64,000 nucleotides of DNA from Phycisphaeraceae bacterium (GCA_963674705.1 OY771506.1:3584001-3648000), one strand, 5' to 3'; numbered from the stretch's first letter, positions 49,227 through 59,039 are shown. The notes: a model not told the origin generated them from the letters alone. A program made the numbers and translations.

Positions 49227-50642
49227 ATGAGTGTCAATCCTATGTCGCAGCAACCAAGCGATGCAATAAACCAACAGTGGAACTGGCAGCGTCAGCCGGA
49301 GGCCGATGCTCTGATCCGAGACCTGGTAGATGAATTCCTGTCTCGCAATCCCGAAGCGGCAACGCTCGCTCGTCGGATGCTGGATGAAACCGCTACGCGT
49401 TTCGTCGACTGGGTCGACTTCATCCGCATCCCCACGACTCACAAAGCTGCCGCGCAACTTACCGATACCGGTTACGAACTCAAACCTCTGCCCGGCGCAC
49501 CCACGCGTTACATCCACGATGGGGCCGTGCTCCCTGCCGTGCTGATCGAAGATGGTCCGATGCGTGTGGGTATCAAGGTCGATTGGGTGGCGGACTTTCT
49601 TGCGACATGGAACATCACGCCCGAGACGCCGATCTATGGTGAACCCTTCAGCCAATTACGCATGGCAACCGCGTTCAAAGGCGACGACGCTGAGATGCTC
49701 TGTGTCGAAAGACACGGCTACCGCGGCTTCGATCAACCAAAGTACTCGCCGCAACTGGCCGTAAATGCGCAGCGTGTCCTCGAATCGTTCCGCCGCCGCC
49801 GTCGGAATTTTGCCACGGATGATGAAGGCATCGCTCACACGCTGACATTCGTGAATAACGCGATCGCCCAACTCGCCGAACACACGGATCAAGACGCCGC
49901 ACGCAACTATGCTTGTGACCTTTTTTTTCATGCGGAGCGCGACTTCTGGCAGCGGCGCAACACCGCGGCCCGCTGGCAAAAGGCGCGGCAGGACAGCCTC
50001 GGCATCGGTTGGGCAAATCACGACCACCACACCTTCCGCTGTTCGCGCAAACTCTTCAAGCGAACGATCGAAGTCTTAGAGACGCTGGGTTTCTATTGCC
50101 GTGAACGTTTCTATGCCGGCGGCGAAGCAGGCTGGGGCGCACAGGTGCTCGAACAACCGGTCGCAGGTTTTGTCATCTTCGCCGATGTCGACATGGCCCC
50201 CGAAGAAGTCACGCACGACTTCGACCACCGAACCATCGAATCACCAACCGAACTTGGTACCGTCGGCCTGTGGACCGCGCTGCACGGAGACTCCATTCTC
50301 AAAGCAGGTATGCACCACCTTGAATGCCAGTTCGACCACGAACGCTTGACCGCAGACCTCGAAGCGTCCGGCCACAAGGTCATGGACAAATTCACCAACT
50401 TCGAGTTTCTCTGCCAGGCCTTCACCGCCGGTGAAGTCTGGCAGATTGATAGCGCTCGCATCGACGACCTGCTTAACAGAAGTCTGATTACAAAAGAACA
50501 GGCGCAGCGTTTCCGCGAACAAGGTGCTGTCGGCTCGCACCTGGAGAATCTGGAAAGAAACGATGGCTACAAGGGTTTCAATCAAACCGGCGTCAGTGAC
50601 ATTATTCGCCGCACAGATGCCCGAACCGTCGCAACCACATAA
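49227..50642 (+). CDS. Hypothetical protein, probable VOC/DUF1338-like metalloenzyme
   Basis: NHDHHTFR, GMHHLE and GSHLENLER...KGF motifs. Confidence 0.65.
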   Translation: MSVNPMSQQPSDAINQQWNWQRQPEADALIRDLVDEFLSRNPEAATLARRMLDETATRFVDWVDFIRIPTTHKAAAQLTDTGYELKPLPGAPTRYIHDGAVLPAVLIEDGPMRVGIKVDWVADFLATWNITPETPIYGEPFSQLRMATAFKGDDAEMLCVERHGYRGFDQPKYSPQLAVNAQRVLESFRRRRRNFATDDEGIAHTLTFVNNAIAQLAEHTDQDAARNYACDLFFHAERDFWQRRNTAARWQKARQDSLGIGWANHDHHTFRCSRKLFKRTIEVLETLGFYCRERFYAGGEAGWGAQVLEQPVAGFVIFADVDMAPEEVTHDFDHRTIESPTELGTVGLWTALHGDSILKAGMHHLECQFDHERLTADLEASGHKVMDKFTNFEFLCQAFTAGEVWQIDSARIDDLLNRSLITKEQAQRFREQGAVGSHLENLERNDGYKGFNQTGVSDIIRRTDARTVATT

Positions 50643-50672
50643 ACAAAACAGTTGTTTTGCCGCATAACAACA

Positions 50673-50699
50673 ATGCCCCACCAATTGGTGGGGCGTTTT
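50673..50699 (+). terminator. Terminator-like hairpin, copy of 48991-49017
   Basis: ATGCCCCACC AATT GGTGGGGCGT TTT; 25/27 identical. Confidence 0.7.
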
Positions 50700-50868
50700 G
50701 TTTACCCATATTGACATTCGTGAAGAACGCTTCTTGTTTTCCATAGGGAAAAATGGAAAAGTACTTTAATACACGCACGGAATATTATAGAATTATTGCG
50801 TGCCGTGATTCTCCCCACAGCATGCCGTGTCTCCCAGATTTTTTTTTTTATCCTTGGAGGTTGTGTTC

Positions 50869-52551
50869 ATGCTTCCGACAACACGATGGGTTCTTGCCGG
50901 CTTCTCCCACTGGCGAGCCCTAGTAACCTGCTTGGTATTTCTTACAGCTACGTTCACCAACGCAGCGATCATCAACACCGCACAGCCCTTTATCGGGGTG
51001 ACGCATTACCAGATCATCGAAGCTGAAGATGGCTCCACGCTGAACGCAGGTTTATTCAACCTGCCCCGGCCCGTCGTCATCAACATCATGGAAATCGATC
51101 CGGATGCTGAAGGCGTCAGCTTCCTGATGCAGCCGGATAACGGCATAAAGCCGGGCGAAGTCACACGCACGACCACCAGTGATTTTGTCGACAGCGTTAA
51201 CGCACAGATCGGCATCAACGGCGACTTCTATAGTGATGCCGGCTCTTCAGGCAGTGAAAACTACGCCAACCTTACACACACCAACGCTTCCAATGGCATC
51301 ATTTACTCTGCCAGCTTCGTCAACAACGAGCCTATTTTCAATATCTCTCAAAACAACAATCCAAGAATAGTCACCGCAAATGGTGCTGATTCCTATACAA
51401 ACAATCAGGGAGTCACGCTCTACAACGCGATCGGTGGTAATCAGCGAATCGTCAAAGGCGGCGTCAACACAGCGCCCAATGACAGCTATACCAACGCGCT
51501 GAATCCGCACACCGCGATCGGCATCACCTACGACGGACACGTTTTACTCATGACCGTTGATGGACGTCAGACAAATTACAGCGAAGGCATGCGCACCAGC
51601 GAAATGGCTGACCTGCTGATCAACTACTTCAACACCAGGCAAGCCATCAATATCGATGGTGGCGGCTCGACCACCATGGTCATGGATGACAGCAATGACG
51701 GTCTCGCTAACACGCGCGTCATCAACAGCCCAAGCGATGGCTCATCCACTTACGAGCCCGGTTACGAAAGGCTCGTTGCCAATAACTTCGCGGTATTCGC
51801 AACGCCTAATCCGGACTATGTTCCGTTAGCACAACCCGCCAGACCGGAGCCACCGGGGGCTCAACCATTTATTACCGACCTGGCTGTCTTCGATGACTTC
51901 GAGGCTACCAAAGGCCACTTCACCAACACGCCGAGTTTCTCCGCCAGTTCCCACAATGTAGCTGCCAGTTCAACCGCCGCGCTGGATAGCGAATTCGCTC
52001 AGGACGGACAGATGTCGCTGCGCCTGGATATCGATAATACAAACGAAACGCCTGAAAGCATGCAACTGCGTCTCGTTTCCGGTACGTCGCACCCTCTGAC
52101 AAACCTCTACGACGAAGACAAAGCCATGAGCAGCGAGGGATATGTCGGCCTGTTTCTGAGATTAGAGCCGGGTAATGATCCACTCTATATCAGCATGCTG
52201 CTGGACGATGGCATCGTCACCAATCACCGCCAGGAACGCGCGGTGTTCCAGGAAGTCATCGCGGACGGCAAGTGGCATCTCTATCAATGGGACCTGTCAG
52301 ACAGTTCGCAGTGGCAAAACTACAACGGTGGCAATGATGTGATCGATGGACCCAATGCTTTCATCGATTCGCTTTACTTCAGCTCCGCGCCTGCGACTTC
52401 AGGCGGCAGCAACTGGTCCGGCACTGTCTGGATCGACACGATCGCATACAACCCGGATGGCGATTTAAGCAGCCTGGTTCCGGAGCCATCAAGCATGATG
52501 CTGATGCTAACGGGAATAATCGGTCTTAATATCAGGCGAAAACTTTCATAA
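50869..52551 (+). CDS. Phosphodiester glycosidase (NAGPA-like) protein with PEP-CTERM sorting signal
   Basis: INGDFY, PHTAIG, VDGRQ, NIDGGGSTTM, NSPSDG; C-terminal VPEPSS + TM + RRK. Confidence 0.88.
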   Translation: MLPTTRWVLAGFSHWRALVTCLVFLTATFTNAAIINTAQPFIGVTHYQIIEAEDGSTLNAGLFNLPRPVVINIMEIDPDAEGVSFLMQPDNGIKPGEVTRTTTSDFVDSVNAQIGINGDFYSDAGSSGSENYANLTHTNASNGIIYSASFVNNEPIFNISQNNNPRIVTANGADSYTNNQGVTLYNAIGGNQRIVKGGVNTAPNDSYTNALNPHTAIGITYDGHVLLMTVDGRQTNYSEGMRTSEMADLLINYFNTRQAINIDGGGSTTMVMDDSNDGLANTRVINSPSDGSSTYEPGYERLVANNFAVFATPNPDYVPLAQPARPEPPGAQPFITDLAVFDDFEATKGHFTNTPSFSASSHNVAASSTAALDSEFAQDGQMSLRLDIDNTNETPESMQLRLVSGTSHPLTNLYDEDKAMSSEGYVGLFLRLEPGNDPLYISMLLDDGIVTNHRQERAVFQEVIADGKWHLYQWDLSDSSQWQNYNGGNDVIDGPNAFIDSLYFSSAPATSGGSNWSGTVWIDTIAYNPDGDLSSLVPEPSSMMLMLTGIIGLNIRRKLS

Positions 52552-52605
52552 ATAATGCTTGACCGCAAGCGTGGAAAAGACTAACGTACCACGCACAAAA
52601 TCCAG

Positions 52606-52724
52606 CGTCTTATCCAGAGTGGCAGAGGGAATGGGCCCGATGAAGCCACCGCAACCGTCACCGGCAAAGCCGGAAAGATTGGTGCGAACTCCCGCCCGGC
52701 CGTTTGGCTGGGGAAGATAAGAGG
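52606..52724 (+). ncRNA. SAM-I (S-box) riboswitch
   Basis: TCTTATCCAGAG..GAGGGA.TGGGCCCGATGAAGCC..GCAACC..GGTGCGAACTCC..GAAGATAAGA consensus, with P1 TCTTATC/GATAAGA. Confidence 0.95.
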
Positions 52725-52758
52725 CGGCCAGGACCTTTACCCAAACGTAAAGCCATGC

Positions 52759-52790
52759 CCCTTCTTGTCTTTGATAAGAAGGGTTTTTTT
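52759..52790 (+). terminator. Riboswitch expression-platform terminator
   Basis: CCCTTCTTGTC/GATAAGAAGGG + T7; the 5' strand can alternatively pair with the P1 3' strand. Confidence 0.88.
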
Positions 52791-52866
52791 ATGCACGCGA
52801 GCCGACGTGTCCTCACGCCGGTGTCACAGGGATACCTTCAAGCGTCCGTATTCAAGGCGAAAAACC

Positions 52867-54138
52867 ATGAGCTACGTAAAATCACTTCAGTGCAAAGAGT
52901 GTCACGCAGAGTACGGCCTGGAGCCGTTAACCGTCTGTGACCACGACTTCGGCCCGTTGGAAGTCGCCTACGATTACGAGGCCATGAAAGGCAAGGTCAC
53001 ACGCGAATCTATCGAAGCCGGGCCGCGCTCGCTTTGGCGTTACAAAGACCTGCTGCCGATCGAAGGTGAACCCAAGGCCGGCTTCAACTCTGGTTTTACA
53101 CCACTGATTAAAGCCGACCGCCTTGCCGCAGAACTCGGTGTCAAAGAAATCTACATCAAGGACGACAGTGCGAATTACCCCTCGTTTTCCTATAAGGATC
53201 GCGTCGTTTCCGTTGCATTGACCAAGGCAATCGAATTCGACTTCGATACCGTCGGCTGTGCATCAACCGGCAACCTTGCTCATAGCGTCGCTGCTCACGC
53301 CGCCGCGGCAGGTCTGCGTGCTTGTGTGATGATCCCGCACGACCTGGAAGAAGGAAAGATTGTCGCTACGCTTTCCTTCGGCCCGCGCATGTTCAAAATC
53401 AAGGGTAACTACGACGACGTCAACCGCCTCTGTTCGCAAATTGCGGATAAATACAACTGGGCGATCGTTAACGTCAACCTGCGCCCGTACTACACCGAAG
53501 GTGCGAAAACACACGGCTTTGAGATCGCAGAACAGCTTGGCTGGAAGCTGCCTAAGCACACCGTCTCGCCCGTCGCCGGCGGAACGATCCTGCCCAAGAT
53601 CTGGAAGGGCTACCAGGAATTCATCAAGCTCGGTTTGGTCGAAGACAACAGTCCGAAGATTTACGCCGCCCAGGCCGACGGCTGCAACCCGATCGTGACC
53701 GCGTTGCGTGAGCAGCAGGAACTGTTCCACCCGCAGAAACCCCACACCATCGCCAAGAGCATCGCGATCGGCAACCCGGCCGACGGGTATTACGTCCTGA
53801 AGATCATCCGTGACTGCGGTGGCTGGGGGGAATCAGCAAGCGATCGAGAAATCCTCGATGCCATCAAACTGCTCGGTCGCACCGAGGGCATCTTCACAGA
53901 ACCGGCCGGCGGTACCACGCTCGCTTGTACGATCAAACTTATTCAATCGGGTCGTATCCCTCGCGATGAATCGATCTGCGTTTGCATCACCGGCAACGGT
54001 CTGAAGACCGTTGAAGTCATGCAAGGCCAGTTCGCCACCAGCCCCGTCATCAACGCGAAGATGAACGAGTTCGATGCGCTGGTCAAGGAACTAGAAGAAA
54101 CACATCCGCATACACCGTCAAAACTTCAAAAGATTTAA
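52867..54138 (+). CDS. thrC: Threonine synthase-family PLP enzyme (candidate O-phosphohomoserine sulfhydrylase)
   Basis: N-terminal Zn ribbon, SYKDR PLP lysine, ASTGN, EGAKT, TGNGLK; directly downstream of a SAM riboswitch. Confidence 0.88.
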   Translation: MSYVKSLQCKECHAEYGLEPLTVCDHDFGPLEVAYDYEAMKGKVTRESIEAGPRSLWRYKDLLPIEGEPKAGFNSGFTPLIKADRLAAELGVKEIYIKDDSANYPSFSYKDRVVSVALTKAIEFDFDTVGCASTGNLAHSVAAHAAAAGLRACVMIPHDLEEGKIVATLSFGPRMFKIKGNYDDVNRLCSQIADKYNWAIVNVNLRPYYTEGAKTHGFEIAEQLGWKLPKHTVSPVAGGTILPKIWKGYQEFIKLGLVEDNSPKIYAAQADGCNPIVTALREQQELFHPQKPHTIAKSIAIGNPADGYYVLKIIRDCGGWGESASDREILDAIKLLGRTEGIFTEPAGGTTLACTIKLIQSGRIPRDESICVCITGNGLKTVEVMQGQFATSPVINAKMNEFDALVKELEETHPHTPSKLQKI

Positions 54139-54161
54139 GCGACTAGTAGCAACACATTCCG

Positions 54162-54289
54162 GTCCCTTCTCCCCTTGGGAGCCCCCGGATTAAGGCCAGG
54201 ATGAGGACCGGATTGATTATGTGCGAGTTAATCCTAAATGCACGCACAACTGGCCCTCACCCCGGCCCTCTCCCAAGGGGAGAGGGGGA
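54162..54289. repeat. Intergenic palindromic REP/MITE-like element
   Basis: CCCTTCTCCCCTTGGGAG...GGATGAGG inverted with CCTCACCC...CTCCCAAGGGGAGAGGG. Confidence 0.65.
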
Positions 54290-54318
54290 TAAGCAAAATT
54301 AATCCTGGAGAATTAGCA

Positions 54319-54600
54319 ATGTCTTACACAGTTACCGTTCGAATCCCAACCGCACTTCGACCGCAGGTCGGCGATCAGGAATCTCTGCAAGTCGCCGGCG
54401 AAACCGTCGGTGCTGTCCTCGGCTCTCTCAACAGTGACTACCCTGACTTCGGCAAACGCCTCTACAAGAGCGAAACCGAAATCAACCGCTTCATCAATGT
54501 TTATGTCAACGATGAAGACATCCGATTCCTCGAAAACCTCCAGACCCCGCTAAAGGCCGGCGACGAGGTCTCAATCGTCCCCGCCATCGCGGGAGGCTGA
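54319..54600 (+). CDS. MoaD/ThiS/CysO-type sulfur carrier protein
   Basis: RIPTALR, FINVYVNDEDIRFL, C-terminal PAIAGG. Confidence 0.93.
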   Translation: MSYTVTVRIPTALRPQVGDQESLQVAGETVGAVLGSLNSDYPDFGKRLYKSETEINRFINVYVNDEDIRFLENLQTPLKAGDEVSIVPAIAGG

Positions 54601-54731
54601 TGGGGATGGAACGGATATAATCTACGGATTGCGCGGATAATGCTGATCAGAACGGTTGGCTAATTTGATAATCTGCGTCATCTGCGAAATCTATTGTTCA
54701 TTCGGTACCTGTTAATTCCGCGAATTTTAAA

Positions 54732-54986
54732 ATGTCTAAGACCACTAGAAAAACCTGGCTGACCTTCGAAGGCGGCAGGCAAAACGAACCTTGCCTGTGG
54801 AAGATGGCGACCCGTTTCCCGGGTGTGATGTTTGATATCCGACAGGCCAGCGTGCAGAAGGATATCGGTATCATGGCCGTGCTGTTTGAAGGCGATGAGG
54901 ACGAGGTCCAGGCCGCGCTGGATTATCTGGTTGAACAGGGCGTGCGCGTCGATCCGGTTGAGGGAGGCAGCAACGTTGCCCCTTAA
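54732..54986 (+). CDS. Stand-alone NIL domain protein
   Basis: LTF...EP.LW.M...F...FDIRQASV...G...L.EQGVRV pattern; 84 aa. Confidence 0.75.
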   Translation: MSKTTRKTWLTFEGGRQNEPCLWKMATRFPGVMFDIRQASVQKDIGIMAVLFEGDEDEVQAALDYLVEQGVRVDPVEGGSNVAP

Positions 54987-55006
54987 GCTGTATTGGGAGT
55001 ATTAAC

Positions 55007-55441
55007 ATGCCGTTTCAAATACGCCCCTATGAAGAATCGGACATCACCGCTGTCGTCAACCTGTGGGATCAGTGTGACCTGATCGTACCTCAAAACGATC
55101 CGCATAAAGACATCATCGCGAAGACACGTTTTCAGCCGGAGTTGTTCCTCATCGCTCAACTCAACTGGCAACTGATCGGCACGGTCATGGCCGGTTACGA
55201 TGGCCACCGTGGCTGGATCAACTACCTTGCCGTCGACCCCGATTACAGACGCAAAGGTTACGGCCGCCTGCTCGTCGAGGCTGCCGAAAACCGGCTCAAG
55301 GAACTGGGCTGCCAGAAAGTGAACTTACAGATTCGAGGCACGAATAAACAACAACTCGCCTTCTACCGCGCTATCGGATACATCACCGAGGACCGCATCA
55401 GTATGGGTAAACGTATGGAATTGTTGGAAGAACAGGATTAG
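55007..55441 (+). CDS. GNAT N-acetyltransferase (YpeA-like)
   Basis: MAGYDGHRGWINYLAV, RRKGYG, KVNLQIR. Confidence 0.9.
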   Translation: MPFQIRPYEESDITAVVNLWDQCDLIVPQNDPHKDIIAKTRFQPELFLIAQLNWQLIGTVMAGYDGHRGWINYLAVDPDYRRKGYGRLLVEAAENRLKELGCQKVNLQIRGTNKQQLAFYRAIGYITEDRISMGKRMELLEEQD

Positions 55442-55543
55442 CTACAAAGGCACGCGAAAAACGCAAATCTGACTCATCTTCAATTTACGTCCATTGGCGT
55501 TTATTTACGGCTGGAAGATTTAAGATTCGATTTGGGAAAGAGA

Positions 55544-56677
55544 ATGACGCAAGAACTGGAACGCTATCACCGCCAGATGCTCCTGCCCGGTTTCGGGGAA
55601 GAGGGCCAACGCAAACTGCTTAAAGCCAAGGTCCTTATCGTCGGCTGCGGCGCGCTCGGTACGGTGATCGTCAACATGCTCGCACGCGCCGGCGTTGGGC
55701 ACCTCGTGATCGTCGACCGCGACTTCATCGAAATCACCAACCTGCAACGCCAGGTCCTCTTTGACGAAAACGATGTCAAGGAGGCGATCCCCAAGGCCGA
55801 AGCCGCCAAACGCAAGATCGCGCAGGTCAATTCGCAGATCAAAGTCGATGCGGTTGTTGACGATGTGAACCACACCAACATCGAACGTCTGGCAACACAA
55901 CTTCCCGGCGTCGGCAAAGTCGACCTCATCATGGACGGCGTCGACAACTTCGAAACGCGCTACCTCGCCAACGATGTCGCCGTCAAGCACGGCATCCCCT
56001 ACGTCTACGGCGGGGCGGTCGGTACGGTCGGTGCGTCTTATGCTGTACTACCGCATACCGAAGCGGCTGACACGCCATGGGAGCAAGCAGGCCTCGCGAC
56101 GCCTTGCCTGCGCTGCATCTTCGAGCAAGCCCCGCCGCCCGGTGTGAATCCGACCTGCGACACCGCCGGCGTCATCGGCCCCGCAGTCTCGATCGTCGCT
56201 AACTATCAGGTCGCTGAGGCGCTCAAGATCCTTACCGGCAACCTCGACAAGGTTTGCCCGACTATGCTCAACCTCGACCTCTGGTCCAACATGATCAAGC
56301 AGTTCAAGGTCGCACGCGCTTACGACGTAGGCGAATGCCTCTGCTGTAAGCAACATAAATACGAATACCTCGACGGCTTGTTCGGAAGTTCAACGACAAC
56401 TCTCTGCGGCCGCAACGCCGTCCAACTCAATATGAAGACAGGCGAGGGCGATTCATCGCCCGGCTCCAACAGTTCAAAACTCGACTTCACCGAAATCGCC
56501 AAACGCCTCGAATCCCACGGCAAAGTCACCGCCAACAAGTTCATGCTCCGTGCCGATATCACCGACAACGGCGAACCCTACGAACTGACTCTCTTCAGCG
56601 ACGGCCGGGCGATTGTAAAAGGCACTAAACACGCGAACGTGGCAAAGAGCATCTACGCCAAATACGTGGGGGCGTAA
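55544..56677 (+). CDS. ThiF/MoeB family adenylyltransferase (no rhodanese domain)
   Basis: ERYHRQ, GCGALG, DRD..TNLQRQ, DNFETR, PCLRC, TCDTAG. Confidence 0.92.
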   Translation: MTQELERYHRQMLLPGFGEEGQRKLLKAKVLIVGCGALGTVIVNMLARAGVGHLVIVDRDFIEITNLQRQVLFDENDVKEAIPKAEAAKRKIAQVNSQIKVDAVVDDVNHTNIERLATQLPGVGKVDLIMDGVDNFETRYLANDVAVKHGIPYVYGGAVGTVGASYAVLPHTEAADTPWEQAGLATPCLRCIFEQAPPPGVNPTCDTAGVIGPAVSIVANYQVAEALKILTGNLDKVCPTMLNLDLWSNMIKQFKVARAYDVGECLCCKQHKYEYLDGLFGSSTTTLCGRNAVQLNMKTGEGDSSPGSNSSKLDFTEIAKRLESHGKVTANKFMLRADITDNGEPYELTLFSDGRAIVKGTKHANVAKSIYAKYVGA

Positions 56678-56713
56678 TTTAATCAACCCAGGGGTGGGTC
56701 CAGGAGTAAACCA

Positions 56714-57205
56714 ATGGCAATCAACAGCACCGTGAAACACAACCTGCACTTTGGTGTCGGCTACCTCAAGATGTTGCTTCAAGGTATCGATGCCGACAAT
56801 CTGGCGAAGCAGCCGCAACCCGGTATGAATCATCCGCTCTGGATCGTCGGGCACCTTGCATGGACAAATGAATTCCCCGCGGGTCTGCTAGGCGTGACTT
56901 ACAAAGTCCCCGAAGGTTGGGACAAACTTTTTGGGATGAAGTCCGAGCCTACTGATGATGCCTCGAAGTATCCGGACTTGCAGACACTGCTTGCCGAACT
57001 GGATAAGGGTGTTGAAGCCATCGGCCCCGCGCTGGAAAGCATCACGGAAGAACAACTGGCTGCGCAGATGCCCAACGAAGGCTTTCGTCAAATGATGCCG
57101 ACCGTCGGCGACGGCCTGACCTTCATCCTCAACGGCCACATCACCTTCCATGCCGGCCAACTGTCCGCCTGGCGACGCGCCATAGGTATGCCACCGCTGT
57201 TCTGA
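56714..57205 (+). CDS. DinB/YfiT-like protein
   Basis: NHPLWIVGHL and H...HAGQL His triad. Confidence 0.85.
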   Translation: MAINSTVKHNLHFGVGYLKMLLQGIDADNLAKQPQPGMNHPLWIVGHLAWTNEFPAGLLGVTYKVPEGWDKLFGMKSEPTDDASKYPDLQTLLAELDKGVEAIGPALESITEEQLAAQMPNEGFRQMMPTVGDGLTFILNGHITFHAGQLSAWRRAIGMPPLF

Positions 57206-57258
57206 TACCATGGGCTTAAAGTTAGTCGATTTGCACGCTAAAACTGAGGAATTCCGAA

Positions 57259-57747
57259 ATGTCTGAAGTCATCAAAGGCCTGCTCCTTGTTTGGAACAAG
57301 AACAAAGACTACGGCCAGAAACTCGTCGCCGACCTGTCCGAGCAGCAGATGGTCGTCCAGCCCGGCCCCGGTGCGAATCACCCCGCCTGGGTGCTCAGCC
57401 ACCTGAACGCATACCATCCCGCGATCGAGTGCATCATCAAGGGTGAAGCCTTCGAAGACCCGAAAGATCATCCGTTCGGCATGAAAAGCAAACCCGAACC
57501 CGATCGGTCAATCTATGCGTCCAAAGACGAACTGATTGCCAGCTACATCAAGGGGCACGACGCGGTTGAAGTTGCACTCAGTACCGCAACCGATGATGTA
57601 TTCAACAACAAGATCAACCTTGAACGTTGGCTCAAGGTCCTGCCGACAGCGGGTGTCGCGCTACCTTACCTGATGGCGATGCACGAAAATATCCATCTCG
57701 GTCAACTCAGCGCCTGGCGCCGCGTGCAGGGGTTACCGAGCGTATGA
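57259..57747 (+). CDS. DinB/YfiT-like protein (tandem paralog)
   Basis: NHPAWVLSHL and HENIHLGQLSAWRR. Confidence 0.85.
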   Translation: MSEVIKGLLLVWNKNKDYGQKLVADLSEQQMVVQPGPGANHPAWVLSHLNAYHPAIECIIKGEAFEDPKDHPFGMKSKPEPDRSIYASKDELIASYIKGHDAVEVALSTATDDVFNNKINLERWLKVLPTAGVALPYLMAMHENIHLGQLSAWRRVQGLPSV

Positions 57748-58943
57748 GGCATTCGATGATCTACTTCGACAACGCATCAACGAGTTTCCCCAAAGCCCCG
57801 GGTGTGAACGAGGCGATGGCCAAGTTCCTCGCCGAAGACGCAGCCAATCCGGGCCGCGCCGGCCACCGCATGGCGATCGCCGCCGACCAGATGGTGGACG
57901 CTGTTAGGCTCAAACTCGCCAGGCTCTTCGAGGCCGACAACCCGCATCGCTTCGTCTTTGCGCTTAACGGAACCGATGCGCTTAACATCGCGATCAAAGG
58001 TGTACTTGCACCCGGCAGTAATGGCAGTGACACACACGTCATCACGACCGATCTCGAGCACAACTCCGTCAGTCGGCCGCTGCAGGCGATGGCCGACCGC
58101 GGCGCGATCGAGCTGACGCGCATCACCTTTGATGATGACGGCTTCGTTGACCCCGAGGACATCCGCAAGGCTATCAAACCCAGCACGCGCTTGATCGTCA
58201 TGACGCACGCATCGAATGTGCTCGGCACGATCCAGGATACCGAGGTAGTGGGGTGGATCGCACGCGAGCACGATGTGCTTTTCTGTCTGGATGCCGCGCA
58301 GACCGCGGGCGTGCTGCCGATCTCGGTTAAGCAGATGAATATCGACCTGCTTGCCATGCCGGGCCACAAGTCTCTGCTTGGTCCGACGGGTACCGGTGCG
58401 CTCTACGTTGGCGAACGTTGTCCGGTAACGTCGGTGGATGTGGCGGATACCTCACGCTTCAATCCCTGGCGGGAAGGCGGCACAGGCGGCGACAGTGCCA
58501 CGCCCACGCAGCCCGCGGAGTTCCCGCACTACCTGGAAGGCGGAACCCCCAACACCGTCGGCATCGTCGGCCTGGGAGCCGGCATCGACTACATCAATCA
58601 GAAAGGCATCAGTTCCATCCTCAAGCACGAACAGGCTATGGTGCAGACCCTGATCGATCGCTTCGATAACGACGATCGCTTCACGGTCTACGGCACGCGC
58701 GATACCACACGACGCGTCGGAACACTCTCGCTGAACATCCAGGGGTACGACGTGCCTGATGTCGGCTCGATTCTGGATGACACTTTCAATATCGCTATCC
58801 GTCCTGGCCTGCACTGTGCGCCTTATACACACCGCAGGCTTGGCACCTTCCCCGATGGCACTGTCCGCCTCAGCCCCGGTGCATTTAACACGGATGATGA
58901 TCTGAACCAACTCATCGATGCGCTCGACCAGATCGCTGGTTGA
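57744..58943 (+). CDS. Class V aminotransferase, cysteine desulfurase-like
   Basis: YFDNASTSFPK, EHNSV, DAAQ, PGHK, GTPN, RPGLHCA. Confidence 0.9.
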   Translation: MRHSMIYFDNASTSFPKAPGVNEAMAKFLAEDAANPGRAGHRMAIAADQMVDAVRLKLARLFEADNPHRFVFALNGTDALNIAIKGVLAPGSNGSDTHVITTDLEHNSVSRPLQAMADRGAIELTRITFDDDGFVDPEDIRKAIKPSTRLIVMTHASNVLGTIQDTEVVGWIAREHDVLFCLDAAQTAGVLPISVKQMNIDLLAMPGHKSLLGPTGTGALYVGERCPVTSVDVADTSRFNPWREGGTGGDSATPTQPAEFPHYLEGGTPNTVGIVGLGAGIDYINQKGISSILKHEQAMVQTLIDRFDNDDRFTVYGTRDTTRRVGTLSLNIQGYDVPDVGSILDDTFNIAIRPGLHCAPYTHRRLGTFPDGTVRLSPGAFNTDDDLNQLIDALDQIAG

Positions 58944-59005
58944 TTGGTGAGTGTTTCTTGTACCCAACGCCGGTCCTGAGCGTAGCGAAGGTCCGGGTGG
59001 TTTTC

Positions 59006-59039
59006 ATGTTCAATCTTCGATGTTCAATGTGCAATCTGA
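59006..59039. repeat. Heptamer tandem repeat (ATGTTCA-type), related to 63743-63830
   Basis: ATGTTCA ATCTTCG ATGTTCA ATGTGCA ATCTGA. Confidence 0.6.

Noticed and set aside
52704..52866. ORFs and N-terminal extension overlapping the riboswitch platform
   Set aside because: The region is the SAM-I expression platform; the enzyme starts plausibly at ATG 52867
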